Shown: positions 51,198-64,000 of the stretch, in pieces
How positions within the stretch are numbered: position 1 is the first letter of the stretch
Layout of the letters: the number at the start of each line of letters is the position of its first letter
NCBI GenBank assembly: GCA_951406725.2
Contig: OX597819.1
Span: 49,848,001-49,912,000, forward strand
Source of the DNA: Octopus vulgaris
Lineage: Eukaryota
DNA length: 64,000 nucleotides
Direction of reading: 5' to 3'
Made by a program: the position numbers and the translations under genes
The notes under the pieces: generated by a model
Databases searched by the model: none
Told to the model about the DNA's origin: nothing
The model's input: only the letters and a program-made list of their open reading frames with translations

Positions 51198-52010
51198 ATA
51201 TATATATATATATATATATATGCGTATGAGTTTAAATACATAAGTATGCGGGGCTATATAATAGTGCATACACACAAGTATATGTATGTGTGCGCGTGCG
51301 TATATCAATATACACTTCTTCCTTTCTCTCATTCCTCAGCACTTAATATCACATTAGCCAATACAATAAACACCGCCGTCTATTTTCAGAAACTTGACCA
51401 TTATCTCTTATTATTATTCCCTTCCTTTTTGAGGTTTACTACTCCCTTTAGTAATCCCCCTGTACCATTTTCCGTACCCACCCCTCTACCTTAGTGCCTT
51501 TCAAACATATCATCCCCTTCTACACTTCACACATATTCATTCCTTAGATTCTTATTTCTTCCTATCCCGCCCCTTCTCTTCTCCCACCCCTCATGATATC
51601 TTGACCACCAACTAACACTCCTTTTCTCATTTTGTCTTCCTCTTTCTACTTTCTTTCATCTTTCCTCACCTATCCCTTTTGACCAGTCTCCTCATTTTAT
51701 CTAATTAGTACTACCACTACATTCTCAAAATATCATTCACACCGCAAGACCAGTTTGAATGAGAAGCACATGGAATCTACGTCCCCATACTTCCCATTTG
51801 TAAAGACAAAATATGAACTCCTATTTGAATTTACATACCATGGGTAAGAAGCATTTCTACCACTTCTATACACCACTTTCCTTGGATAAGGGAACTCCAA
51901 ATATAACATCCTACATATATTTTTTATTTTATTCTCTTATTTCCATTCTTTTCCAAAATAACTCCTTATATTGAACTCTACTATTTCCTTCTATTTAACC
52001 ATCACACATT

Positions 52011-52058
52011 GTTTCTGATGAATGGATATCCCTAATATCTCAGAAACAGCTGTAAGAC
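52011..52058 (+). ncRNA. Type I hammerhead ribozyme, AGCT palindromic stem III
   Basis: gttt-CTGATGA(52015-52021)-a-tggatat..atatctca-GAAAC-AGCT-GTA-agac, at the end of a pyrimidine-rich tract (about 51310-52130). Confidence 0.8.
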
Positions 52059-52230
52059 TAACTTTCTCTTTATAAATAACCTAAAAATTCCTCGCAGTCT
52101 TGGCTTGGTTGTCTCATTTTATTTAACGTATACATGCTCATATAAGACTCGTATTATTATCGAACCGAGAGTTTAACTACAGTCCTTCCATAGCACTTAC
52201 TACCGCCTCGGGTCTTCTGGATGCCAATAG

Positions 52231-52272
<42 letters not shown>

Positions 52273-52279
<7 letters not shown>

Positions 52280-52720
52280 ATCCCTCGACTATCGTGGGTG
52301 TTACATTCCCCCGTTCCCCACGATAGGCGAAGATCCGCGAAGTAGAAACAATAGTGTACTATATACTTTTTTATTACTTTTATAATTTGTACATATTTAT
52401 TTTATTATTTTTATATATTTAAGCTTTTATAAACTCTCCCCACACACTTAGGAGTACCCGTGTCCTCTTTTTTTGTCTCCCGAGTTGCGTTTGCCATACA
52501 GTATGTGTGATTCTTTGTTTACTCATCTACAGTACACTACGTATTTTCTTTTAATATATTTTAATCAATATGTTATACAGTATTGTGCTGTACTGTATCT
52601 TTATGAATTTATTAAATTGTAGGTGTGAAAATGCTTATCTTACCAAAGAAATAATTTAAATGTAAAAGAATAGAAATACTTATCCACCACAGTAACCCGC
52701 GACATACAGAGAAGTATTAA
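52273..52720 (+). mobile_element. Possible pogo/Tigger-like DNA transposon end
   Basis: ta|cagaaatccctcgactatcg..ccacgataggcgaa..ccgcga resembles Tigger-type termini; no second terminal repeat found. Confidence 0.4.
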
Positions 52721-53841
52721 ATGTATTAAATATAAATTAACTTGGGAGATAATTTGTAAGGCAAAATCTTATTGTATAGGGAGTAATTCTTGTTTATTGT
52801 GTAATAATGAATTTAAGGAAATATTATTTAATAATAATTATGTATTGTTCAATTTATTAGATGAGCGTAAAATTAAATGCAAACATAAATTGAATTACCT
52901 ATATAATAGGTTTAGCTAATAAATAAATGAGTATATGAATTTGTTAAGATCTATTAATTATAGTAATATAAATTAATTTAAATACAATATGTATATTTTA
53001 CTTAATAATTATGTGGACTTTAAATTTATAGTAAAGAGTCATTTAATATTAAATGCAAACATAATTTATTTACCTGTATGTTACGTTTCCGTATATATAA
53101 AACCTTATTTTATTTTGTTACTTTTTTATTGTAGATATAATTTAGTAGTATTAGTGTATAAATTAGCATGTTATTATATGTAATATTACTTTATTTAAAT
53201 AATTTTAAACTTGGATATTTCTCAATAAATAAATGATAATATGAATTTTTTAAGATATATTATTATAGTAATATAAATTAATTTAATATCATATGTATAT
53301 TTTACGTAATAATTATTTGGACTTTAATTTATAGTGAATAGTCTTTTATAGTTTTGTTGATCTCTTATTCTTTGATTCTAGAAGCTTAAATATTCTTCGT
53401 AATTTTCATTAATAAATATATTTCGTAATTTTCATTAATCAATTTATTCTTTTTACACAATGTTTTCACGAGTTTAATTTCTTATAAAGACTAAAGCCTC
53501 ACATTTTTATGTTCGAAATATTCATCCATAAGATAAATAACGTTTTTATTTAACAATATTAAAAATATTTTGAATTGTATTATGTTTGATTATTATTATT
53601 ATTGTTAAAATATTAATTTATATATAATTCCTTGATAATTATTAGTTACGATACTATTTAATTTATTATCATTATTATTATTTTATTATGTGATTTAACG
53701 TATTACATATAATTTACTTTGTGAAATAGTTTTGTAAGACAATACATTATTTAATATTTTGGAAGTTTATTTGTTATGTAGTTAAGTAAATTAGTCTAAT
53801 ATTAATTGATATTTTGGGCAATTATATAAGTGAATGTAATA

Positions 53842-53940
<99 letters not shown>

Positions 53941-54146
53941 TTAAATAATTTAATTAATTGTATTTTATTTTTCTAGTAGTGATATATTATAGTTTGTTAT
54001 TATTTTATTATATAAGTTAAAATTTATTTTTATAGATATAATAAATATGCTTTTTTATTCTAGATTTATTTACACCAGAATATATATGTTGAGATATTTC
54101 GTATTTTACAGGATTATATACGTATATTTATTCATTTAATTATTTT

Positions 54147-54232
54147 ATTGACCTGAAGATTGGGAATATTTAAATTGAATTGATTTTACTGTTATCAGTT
54201 TTTAAATATAGCCACGAAACACGTGCAGTCAT
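54147..54232 (+). ncRNA. Decayed type I hammerhead, ACGT palindromic stem III
   Basis: tgac-CTGAAGA(54153-54159)-ttgg..atatttaaa..tttaaatat..ccac-GAAAC-ACGT-GCA-gtca. The cleavage triplet is GCA instead of GUH. Confidence 0.6.
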
Positions 54233-54459
54233 TGTATCAATTATATTCTTTTTTTTATTATTTTATAAATTACTTTTTCATTGGTATATGTTTTTATCTT
54301 ATATTTGATTGTTTTCTATATGGTATAATTTAATTATTTCATTGTTGAATTGATTAAAGTTGGTTTTTGTTTAATTTATATACATATATTATATTTTGTG
54401 AAATTTGATTTAGTATTTCTAAATTGAATTTTCCCCTGTAAGTTTGGAATAATATTCCC

Positions 54460-54534
<75 letters not shown>

Positions 54535-54994
54535 AGGAAAAAACATAAGAATCACAGTCCTTCCAAGATTTTATTCACTCTAGATTGCCAGGCTTTTACA
54601 GTTCCGGGCTGGACAAGCTATCGCTGAAATGGCAAAAGTGTATTGACAATATAGGTGCATACTTTGATGAATAAAACTTTTCCTCGTACTTATAAAATAT
54701 CAGGTAACTTTTTTCTTTTCTACAAATTTCATACTTGACGACCTAATATATAAATGAATAACAAAGATGTATAGGTATCAATTCATTACGGCCGTTTCAA
54801 GCGTTTCAGCTGGGTTGTGTTGTCTGCACATACGACAGGAATATCAGGTGCATACACACCTGCACAGAGTTTTGATATTCAGTATTCTATTAATATTGAT
54901 TGGGTGTGCGGATTATACCGACGTAACCAGGTGCCTCAATTTAAGTACCTAATTCAACAGAATCTTTATATATATATTCTTTTATTCTATCATT

Positions 54995-55351
54995 CTTTTA
55001 CTTGTTTCCGTCATGTGACTGCGGCCATGCTGGAACAACGCCTTTAGTCGAACAAATCAAGTCCAGGACTTATTCTTAGTAAGCCTAGTACTTTTTCTAT
55101 CGGTGTGTTCTGCCGAACCGCTAAGTTACGGGGACGTAAATACACCAACATCGGTTGTCAATACAGACACAGATACACACACACACGTATATATATATAT
55201 ATTTATACGATGGGCTTCTTTCAGTTTCCGTTTACTAAATCCATTCACTAGGCTTTGGTCCGCCCGTGGCTATAGTAGAAGACCCTTGCCCAAGGTGCCA
55301 CATAGTGGGACTGAACTCAGAACCATGTGGTTCTTACCACACAGCCACGCC
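54995..55351 (-). mobile_element. SINE family A
   Basis: Family A blocks in reverse orientation. Confidence 0.85.
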
Positions 55352-55385
55352 TCCGCCTGTCTGTCTGTCTGCCTGTCTCTCTCTC

Positions 55386-55467
<82 letters not shown>

Positions 55468-55618
55468 CATATTAGAAGGATGACCACTATGTGGACAATC
55501 CTACTGCTAGAAGTAGATCCGCTATGGTCTTACCACTGAGAAAGGTTCTCTAGAAAATTTAGCAAACACTAGAACGTAATCGAGCACGACAAATGAAAAG
55601 TAACAAAAATATAGATTA

Positions 55619-55694
55619 ATCATAAACAATGTTTCACTATCAACAGATTACGTAATTTTAATTATGCAATTTGTCCGTAGATCTTCAGTATGAT
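55619..55694 (-). ncRNA. Type I hammerhead ribozyme (GUU site)
   Basis: Minus strand atcata-CTGAAGA-tcta..tagt-GAAAC-ATT-GTT-tatgat. Confidence 0.7.
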
Positions 55695-56141
55695 CGTCAT
55701 ACAAATATAATTTTCAGAACTACACACCAGACAATTACGTTCTGGTGTTTGCTAAAGTTTCTAAAGAACATTTCTTAGTGGTAAGACCATAGCGGATCTA
55801 CTTCTAGCTCTAGGGTTGTCCACATAGTGGTCATCCCTCTAAATACAATTTACTGAACCTTCAGTTTTTAATATACTAGACCACTGGTGTTAAATTGATG
55901 TTATTAAACAAATATTCAATTTTTCATCCTCATTTTAATTTCAATTTTAAATTAATACGTTCTCAAACCGGCAAAAGCTACTGCAGTGAATTATTTCATG
56001 CAGTTTTATTTAGTGTAATTTAGTGCGCCAAAACGAGGACTTGTGAAAATTAACCACAAGTGTAATAGGTAGAACTACATACATGCCCGAGCTCGTACAG
56101 ACGTTTGGTGTGTAGTTCTTCAAATTATATTTGTATGACGA

Positions 56142-56215
56142 TCATACTGAAGATCTACGGACAAATTGCGTGAGTAAAATAACGTAATCTGTTGATAGTG
56201 AAACAATGTTTATGA
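56142..56215 (+). ncRNA. Type I hammerhead ribozyme (GUU site)
   Basis: tcata-CTGAAGA(56147-56153)-tcta..attgcgt/acgtaat..tagt-GAAAC-AAT-GTT-tatga. Confidence 0.7.
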
Positions 56216-56300
56216 ATTATCTTCAGTTTTTAATATGCTAGACCACTGGTGTTAAATTGATGTTATCAAATTAATATTCAATTTTCCACCCTCATTTTAA

Positions 56301-56338
<38 letters not shown>

Positions 56339-56349
56339 TATGTACATAT

Positions 56350-56560
56350 CTATGTGTATGTGTCTCTATGTCTGTGTTTGCCCCTCCACCGGTTGACAAT
56401 CGGTGTTGATGTGTTTACGTCCACGTAAAGAGACTGCTAGAATAGGTATTAGGCTTAAAAATAAAACAAATTTTGGGGTCAATGTGTTCGACAGAAAACC
56501 TTTAAGGAAGGCCCCAGCACGGTAACAGTAAAATGACTGAAACAAGTAAAAGAATAAAAG
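56350..56560 (+). mobile_element. SINE family A, 3' half (diverged)
   Basis: gtctgtgtttgccc..ttgacaatcggtgttg..atgactgaaacaagtaaaagaat. Confidence 0.7.
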
Positions 56561-56658
56561 TATATATTTACATACATACATATACATACATACATACATA
56601 CATACATACATACATACATACATACATACATACATACACATATACATATATATATATG

Positions 56659-57065
56659 AAAGAATTTTTGCGTAATAAGATAAAAAGCCAAGGCTGTGTA
56701 GATATTAGAGCATTTATAGATAGGTCTTACAGCTGTTTCTAGGATATTTATTAATTATATCCCTTCCTTGGAGACGGTGTGAGAGGATGGTTAAGTTATA
56801 ATTAGTTTAGATGTGATACAAAATAGAGAGTGAGATGGAGGAAAGATCAATATCCATACATATCTTGCATCTATTTTCTTTCCTCCACCTCACTCTCTAT
56901 TTTGTATCCCATCTAAATTAATTATTACTTAACCATCCTCTCACACCGTCTCCGATGAAGGGAGATAATTTTATAAATATTCTAGAAACAGCTATAAGAC
57001 CTATTTATAAATGCTCTAATATCTACACAGCCTTGTTTTTTTTATCTTATCACGCAAAAATTCTT
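56659..57065. repeat. Fold-back repeat (arms of about 190 bp) with decayed hammerheads
   Basis: 56659-56845 is inverted against 56875-57065. Plus arm reads gtct-CCGATGA..GAAAC-AGCT-ATA-agac (56948-57000); the minus arm keeps GAAACAGCTGTAAGAC. Confidence 0.85.
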
Positions 57066-57218
57066 ATATACACACGCTGACATAGAACCAACGTTGAACC
57101 CCTTATTCGCAAAATTACCGAATCTGGAACTTAACTATGGTGTGTCTATAGCACTTATTCAGCATTACCTTTGGGTCTCAATGACACCATTATCTCTTAT
57201 TACTTCAACTTCTCGCCA

Positions 57219-58258
57219 TGTGCTCATTGTCCTGTACTCCCTTTTTTTCTTGTCCTGTTCCTTGGTTTGTGTCTTGTTTTTCGTCTCTCTATGTGTTCGA
57301 CGTCTTTTTCGTGTCCTGTACACATATATGCGTGTATATGTACATGTAGAGGTAGGTACGTACATATATGTTTATATATATGCATATGTTCTTTTATTAA
57401 CATATTATACGACTAAACGCACGCACCCTCTTAAGTAAGATTGTTCTGTTTATCAAGTTAGCCTTGATATTAACTCTCACGCGACTCTGCATCTTTCTTT
57501 CTTTCTATTCCATTCCCTTTTTCGTCTTTTTTCCCTCACTTAACTTGTCTCTTCCTCTCTCTCTCATTCTTCATTCTCTCTCTCCCCCTCACCATTCTTC
57601 ATGGTCTCCTCGCACCATTCCCCTTCTTCTCTCCCTTCCTCTTGCTCCTCCTCCCCCATTCCCGTCGTCCATCTGCGACGATACTTCCGTCGTAACTGCT
57701 ATCCTGTCTTTTCTCGCCCGCCTTCTAAGGCTACTGGTCGACATTCCTGCTCTCTCGTCGTCCACTATAATCCAGCGTTTGCAATACTTTTTTCGTCTGG
57801 CGTAAACAGCCCTTCTTATCTTGTTCTCCTTGTCCTGTCTCTTACTGTTATATATTTATTTTTCCACTGTTTATATATATTTTTTACTGTTTATATGTTT
57901 GTACTGTCGTTACCGTCTTGCGTTTTTTACCTTTTTTTACCCCTCTGCGAAAAGATCTCAGAATTTTAATTGATTTGCTTTTCGCAGGAAGGAAGTTTCT
58001 TCGAAGATACGTCTCGCTTTTATCCTTCGAAACGTAGAGTAGATGAAATCTTAGCGACTGAAGAAGGGGTTTTTTCGTTGTGCTCATTGTCCTGTACTCC
58101 CTTTTTTTCTTGTCCTGTTCCTTGGTTTGTGTCTTATTTTTCGTCTCTCTATGTGTTCGACGTCTTTTTGGTGTCCTGTACACATATATGCGTGTATATG
58201 TACATGTAGAGGTAGGTACGTACATATATGTTTATATATATGCATATGTTCTTTTATT

Positions 58259-58263
<5 letters not shown>
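57219..58263 (+). repeat. Second locus of the ~880-bp family (860-bp period, about 1.2 copies)
   Basis: tgtgctcattgtcctgtac at 57219 and 58079; highly similar to 31385-32460; ends ttattaaca then (TA)n. Confidence 0.92.
58008..58070 (+). ncRNA. Permuted hammerhead ribozyme (copy 4)
   Basis: TAC-GTC-TCGCT-ttt-ATCCTTC-GAAACGTA..AGCGA-CTGAAGA(58058-58064)-AGGGG. Confidence 0.75.
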
Positions 58264-58321
<58 letters not shown>

Positions 58322-59619
58322 TATAGATTTGTCTATATGTGTATATATGTGTGTGTATATATGCACGCGTGAATGTTTGCGTGTGTGTATTTTCGTGGTT
58401 TTGAATGTATGCATGTGAAAATAAATGATAAACTATTCGTTTAGATGTAAATATCGACTTAGAAATGAACAAAATAAATAACGATATCTTATGAAGATTT
58501 TTTTGTTTGTTTTGTTTCTCAACCTCCTACCCTTCATTGTGTCTCAATGTTGTCTTTTTAAAGCGAATTTATTGATGACCAATAATCAAACTGGATTTCT
58601 TAGCAAACAAAACAGCAAAGAAAAGGAGGAAGAGGATATAAGTAAAATAGGGAGGAAAATGAGTCACCAAAACAAAAAAACAAACAAAAATGAAAGGAAC
58701 AATATAAAAATTGAATGAAAAAAGATAAAACAGAAATTTTTGAAAAAGCAAACAAGAAGAGGAAAGAAAAAAAACACTGAGAAAGAAAGGAAGATAGAAA
58801 AGAAAGCCATGAAATAAAATAAAAAGAAGAAAAGAAAGAGGAAACAAGTCAGTGAGTATGATGTTCGGTGCACAGCTGGAGAATAGTCGTTTGGTCAACG
58901 TATATGTCATTGTGAGTTAGCAGACCTAGCATCAAAGGCATTCCATTCATGTCCGCCCCATCTTTTCAAACACAGCTTATCACATACTACCTTATCTGAT
59001 TTGTCCTTCCTTCTCCTATCTAGATAGTGATCTGAGGGAGATTATGCTACCATTTCTAGTAAGACGAGCGCTCACATAGAGGTTTCATTCATTGGTTCTA
59101 TACAAAACGTATTTAGTTTTTATTGTGCGTGTTGTTATTGAAGACTAATAATCAGTTGTGAGACCTTTACCTTTTAACCGACAGATTAAAAAAATAATTT
59201 TTTGTAACTAAACACTTTCAAACTTCGTATACTTAGTAGAATGTGTCACATAAAATATCTTTTACTCTTGGCGTTGTTGAGAAAATTCTATATTATGGAA
59301 GTTATTTTTTGTTAAAGTTGTCGTACTTCGGTAATTTCAACCAATCAATGATGTGTTTTCAGCTGAATAAAATTACTGCATCGGGCGATATGGTGTTCGG
59401 CTAAAATTCTTGAAGGTAGTACTACAGCATGGCCGCTGTCTAATGACTGAAACAAATAAAAAATAGCAGGACAATGTCAAATATATTCGAGAGAAATTTG
59501 GCAGCCATTTCAGTTATAAAGATACTTCCAGTTCACTAGCCTGCTATCATCTCTCTTGAAATTGTTCCTTGAAATTGGCTGGACTTACCTACTCCATTCA
59601 AACTCACTCGAGCCACATA

Positions 59620-59900
59620 TGTCTCTTATTGTGTCCAATAGCACCAGGTTCTGCACTAACAACTACGCCCAGTCCTTCTTTCTCAAAACAACGCCCCACA
59701 GGAATCCCCTTCCTGCTTCGATATTCCTGTAGGGGTTGACTTGCGATAGTTCAAGCGGAACATTAACGGCATCAATTCCACTGACGTCACAAGGCTAACA
59801 AAGATCGTGAGCTCTGTCGTTTCGTTTAAGACCCAGCAACAGCAGTGGTTTTTAGCCGGGGTCCATATGTTCCTTGGAGGTTCGCAGATGATATTTTTGC
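59620..59900 (-). pseudogene. Possible pogo-type DDE transposase relic
   Basis: Minus-strand KPLLLL...HDLC*PCDVSG resembles the LLLLD...HxxQPxDV motifs; heavily decayed. Confidence 0.3.
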
Positions 59901-60015
59901 TAGAATATATGTGCAATGAACTGGTTATACTTCTGGTCCTCAACCGAGCTCAATATGACACTTGGGATGGGTGGGGTCTACAGAAGATTTTGCAGCTAAA
60001 ATGTATTCTTTTAAT

Positions 60016-60222
60016 CTTTTACTTGTTTCAGTCATTTGACTGGCTATGCTGGAGCACAGCCTTTAATTGAATAAATCGACCGCGGGACTTATTCTTTGTA
60101 AGACTAGTACTTATTATATCAGTCTCTTTTATTGCGGGAACGTAAACAGACCAGCATCGGTTGTCAGGCGATGATGGGGGGGACAAACACAGACACACAA
60201 ATACATACATACATACATATAT

Positions 60223-60309
<87 letters not shown>

Positions 60310-60447
60310 CAACGGGCTTCGTTCAGTTTCCGTCTACCAAATCTATTCACAAGGCTTTGCTCGGCTCGAGTCTATAGTAGAAGACACTTGCCCAAAGTGC
60401 CACGCAGTGGGACTGAACTGGGAGCTATGTGGTTGGGAAGCAAGCTT
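60016..60447 (-). mobile_element. SINE family A
   Basis: Family A blocks in reverse orientation. Confidence 0.85.
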
Positions 60448-60502
60448 CTTTATTTCATAAATTGGTTATGGAAGCCATACATAGATGGGACAAATAAGGA
60501 CA

Positions 60503-60548
<46 letters not shown>

Positions 60549-60627
60549 ATTATATATATATAAAATATAAATTAGAGAAATATATATATATATATGTATA
60601 TAAATTAGAGAAAATATATATATAAAC

Positions 60628-60682
<55 letters not shown>

Positions 60683-60724
60683 CTTTAAAAAATTTCAATA
60701 TAAGCTTGATGATCATTGCAAACC

Positions 60725-61322
60725 TTTATTTTTCCTTCTGGCCCCACTTACCTGGTTCCAGTCACTCGCAGCTTGTTCACTACTTTCTTCCATCTTTTTG
60801 CGAACATATCCTGTGACAGGTATCTCTTCTCCAGTCTGATCTTACAATCGAGGTGGTAACTAAAGAGGTTAACGAACACCTGGCCGGAGACAAAGGTACC
60901 TGTCACTATGCCTTTCACACGCGTCTTCCATACTGTTCCGTTCAGTATGCCTACTAAGCAGAAAAAAAAAGAAGCCTTTCTTTCGCTGTTAAGGCACAAT
61001 CTTGATAATAGACTCTGCCGATAGCTGTACTCTTCCCATCGTTGACAGCGGTTGCTCGACAAAAGCTATCAGTCCCGATAATTCCGGACACTCCACGAAG
61101 GTGTGCAAGGCAGGTTCTCTCTCCCGCCCGCACCACAGGCATATCGGCGAGACGGCACTTCCGTGCCATGACAGTTTGTCCCGAACAGGCAAAGTCGAAC
61201 GTTGCACTGCTAAACCAGGGATTTCTGGTAGTTATCCAGATACCCCGGCGCGAAAGTTCTCCTGAACAGGTTGATCAACTGATTTCCATTGAAGCCCAGG
61301 GTCTCCACCAGGACATCGTCTG
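60725..61322 (-). mobile_element. Tx1/L1-like LINE 3' fragment (zinc-knuckle region)
   Basis: TLPVRDKL..SPICLWCG..EPALHTFVECP (CCHC zf-RVT-like), then VWKTRVK..FAKRWKKV; frameshifted. Confidence 0.75.
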
Positions 61323-62691
61323 ACATATATTTGCTCTACATAGATATTATCCTTTTTTTAGAATCAGAATGATCCCGAGATTGAAAATCTGCCCTTCTTT
61401 GGTTCTTGAACATCCAGCATTGGGATTTGATTTAAAAGTATTTGGGTTCCTATTTCTAGCAGGTAAGGCTTCGCTGATTCATACCATCTTGCTTGGCGTT
61501 TGTCAGATGACGTCAGAGATTAAGAGTGGGATAAATGACATTCACTTCGTTACTTTTACTTCGAAATAAGAACTTTGGGACAAATTGGTCAACAGCTGGA
61601 ATTCAACTTGGGACTGGAACAATAGAATGATTGTATTACAAAATTAATTCTCAGCCATCCTTAACCCCCAATCAAACACCACCGGGGCATATAGTCATTA
61701 TAGACATAGTCATGCTATTTAGCACCGTTTAGTTTTGGGCCACAGGCCCAATTAGCCCTCCGCAGAAGCTTGCTCAAAAGTCCGCATGCAGTGCGGCTTT
61801 TAAGCTACGTTTACATAAAAATGAAACGAATATGATTAACAGCAAAGTAATTATAAAACTACTGTATATTAATACTAATATTAAGCTGAAAAGAGAAACA
61901 AAAATTAAATTTAAAGTTTTAAAGTGTTACAGTGTATGAAGTAGAGGAATATAAGCGAAATTTTTATTCGTCGGTGAGAGAGAGGGGGAGAGAGAGGAGG
62001 AGAGAGAGGAGAGAGAAAGAGAGATATATGCATGTCTCCAAGTAAAATAACAATGAAATGAACTAGGAAAAGATATTTAACCTCAAGAACATTAAACATT
62101 CAAAGATATATAAAAAGAGGTTATCTGTATATCATTGGCCAAACACTTTTAGATGAACAAATATACGATTAAGAAATCAACAAATAGAGTCAAGAGAACA
62201 ACTTATGTCTTATGAAAAGATATAACTCGAGAATGATATGAATTAAAAATAACAACCTTGATATAATAGCGAGAGCTGCCCAGAGAAATATTAAAACCAA
62301 TTAGCCAATGAATCGATGGCAACGAAAGCAACTTTTGCAAACCGGTAAATGGAAACGATATCAACATACAAAAGAATGAAGCCGTTCAGATGTATCATAT
62401 ATATAAGACGAGCTCGAAATAATAACCAGAAAGATCAGTGGTTTTTCATTTATTTTTTATTATTTGAGGGTCTGACTAATCTCAGAGGCGAGTTGCCGAA
62501 GAATTAAGATATTATAAGCAATATGCTTTATGCCGTGTTTCGAAACACTCTCTCTCCTCCTCTTTCATTGACAATATGTAACATATGAAACACACATGTG
62601 CACACAGACACACAATGTTTAACTTAACTTTCAGTAATGTGCAGCTGAGGCAACCAAGGTATGTATGTATGTATGTATGCATGTACGTACG

Positions 62692-62728
<37 letters not shown>

Positions 62729-62758
62729 GCACACACACATATGCACGTGTATATATAT

Positions 62759-62794
<36 letters not shown>

Positions 62795-62812
62795 GCACAC
62801 ACACATATGCAC

Positions 62813-62879
<67 letters not shown>

Positions 62880-64000
62880 TATGCATATACACACATGCAC
62901 GCGCCTACACACAAACACACACACACACATTTACATGTACTCACATATATTACGACGGAATTAAGCATGTATTTACGTTTTTTTTAACTCTTATGAAATA
63001 AATATATGTACTAGTACGCCTCTGTGTGTGTGTATGTGTGTGTGTGTGTGTGTGTGTATGCGCGCGTATGTTTGCACGTGTGTGTTTGTGTGGTGTATTT
63101 GTATGCTTACGGTTCGTATGTAGATCTTTGAATATATGCGATAAGATGTTTGGTAGTGTTTGTACGTGTATGATGGTGATGGTGGGGGTAATCGATAAAT
63201 AATTAGAACGACAAATATAGTTTTAAATGGTCTTCTAAGATATATGGATACACCGAATGACCAGTCAATTATTTGACAGACTCTGAGACACAGATAACGC
63301 GACGCGAGATAAGCAAATATTTTCCTAGTAAAGAAGCTAGTTCGGTAAGTATGTCAGAATAGAAGAGGTTGCGTTTCAGCTGGCGCCCTTAGTCACTTAC
63401 AAAGGGAGACCACTTAATCGATCTTTTGGCTACAATTGTTAAATAAACATGAAAACCTATATACATTTACTGACGCTACAGACAACGCATACACATTCGT
63501 ATGTATGTATGTATGTATGTATGTATGTATGTATGTATGTATGTATGTATGTATGTATGTATGTGTGTATGTGTGTGTGTATCATGTTTTAGCATTCCAT
63601 TAAAATCGTTTCTCTGTGTGTGTTATTTTTTCAAAATATTTTTAATCGATATATACATTGCAATCATAATGGTTTTACGTAATTGTAAATGTAGAGAGTA
63701 AGATCAAAGGTAGAACATATGTTTGCTAAAGTATACAAACGAAATTGATTTTATCTTTTCTTTGTGAGACAAACATTTGTTCATTTCCTTTTCTTTATTT
63801 TTTTTTCATTGCGATTTATCCAGAAAAAGTACTCGGCATTTTAAAACAGGTCACGGCTATAATAGAATAAAAATGTCGATTTTCACATTTACATCGAGGC
63901 CTAAGCCGCTAGGACTTTCCTACTAGTATTTGATGACATATAATTTCAGTGAAATATAAACCATACTAATATATAGGTGCAAGTATGACTGTGTGGTTAA

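Larger units (their letters stand above)
55476..56310. repeat. Fold-back plus partial-tandem hammerhead repeat
   Basis: 55737-55840 inverts 55476-55578; 56106-56215 inverts 55620-55729; 55859-55945 repeats at 56222-56305. (TA)n on both sides. Confidence 0.85.

Noticed and set aside
54778-54812. Minus-strand GAAAC-GGCC-GTA hammerhead half
   Set aside because: I found no CUGANGA strand with a matching stem I nearby.

Overview
Gene-free, repeat-saturated animal DNA. The SINE families and the heavy (TA)n/(CA)n/(TACA)n load point to an octopus-like coleoid cephalopod (inference). I found no host protein-coding exon; almost all listed ORFs are microsatellite artefacts. Recognisable transposon parts are CR1-like, RTE, Tx1/L1-like and R4/Dong LINE fragments, a decayed mariner, Helitron pieces and about 30 tRNA-type SINE copies. 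The main signal is RNA-level. Several unrelated non-coding repeat families, arranged as partial tandems or fold-back palindromes and mostly bounded by (TA)n, each carry a hammerhead ribozyme (HHR), as Penelope-like elements and retrozymes do. A 492-bp unit forms a 3.1-kb array with six type I HHRs and a spacer-less inversion. Most striking, an ~880-bp tandem family (31.2-33.3 kb and 57.2-58.3 kb) and a diverged relative (13.3-13.9 kb) carry HHRs whose three strands occur in reversed, non-circularly-permuted (pseudoknotted) order, supported by full covariation between the two versions. Also notable are a 5S rRNA-LINE-tail chimera with a 16-bp target-site duplication (TSD) and a stack of elements in (TAA)n, two of them R4/Dong-type. 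All folds were derived by eye and none has been tested.
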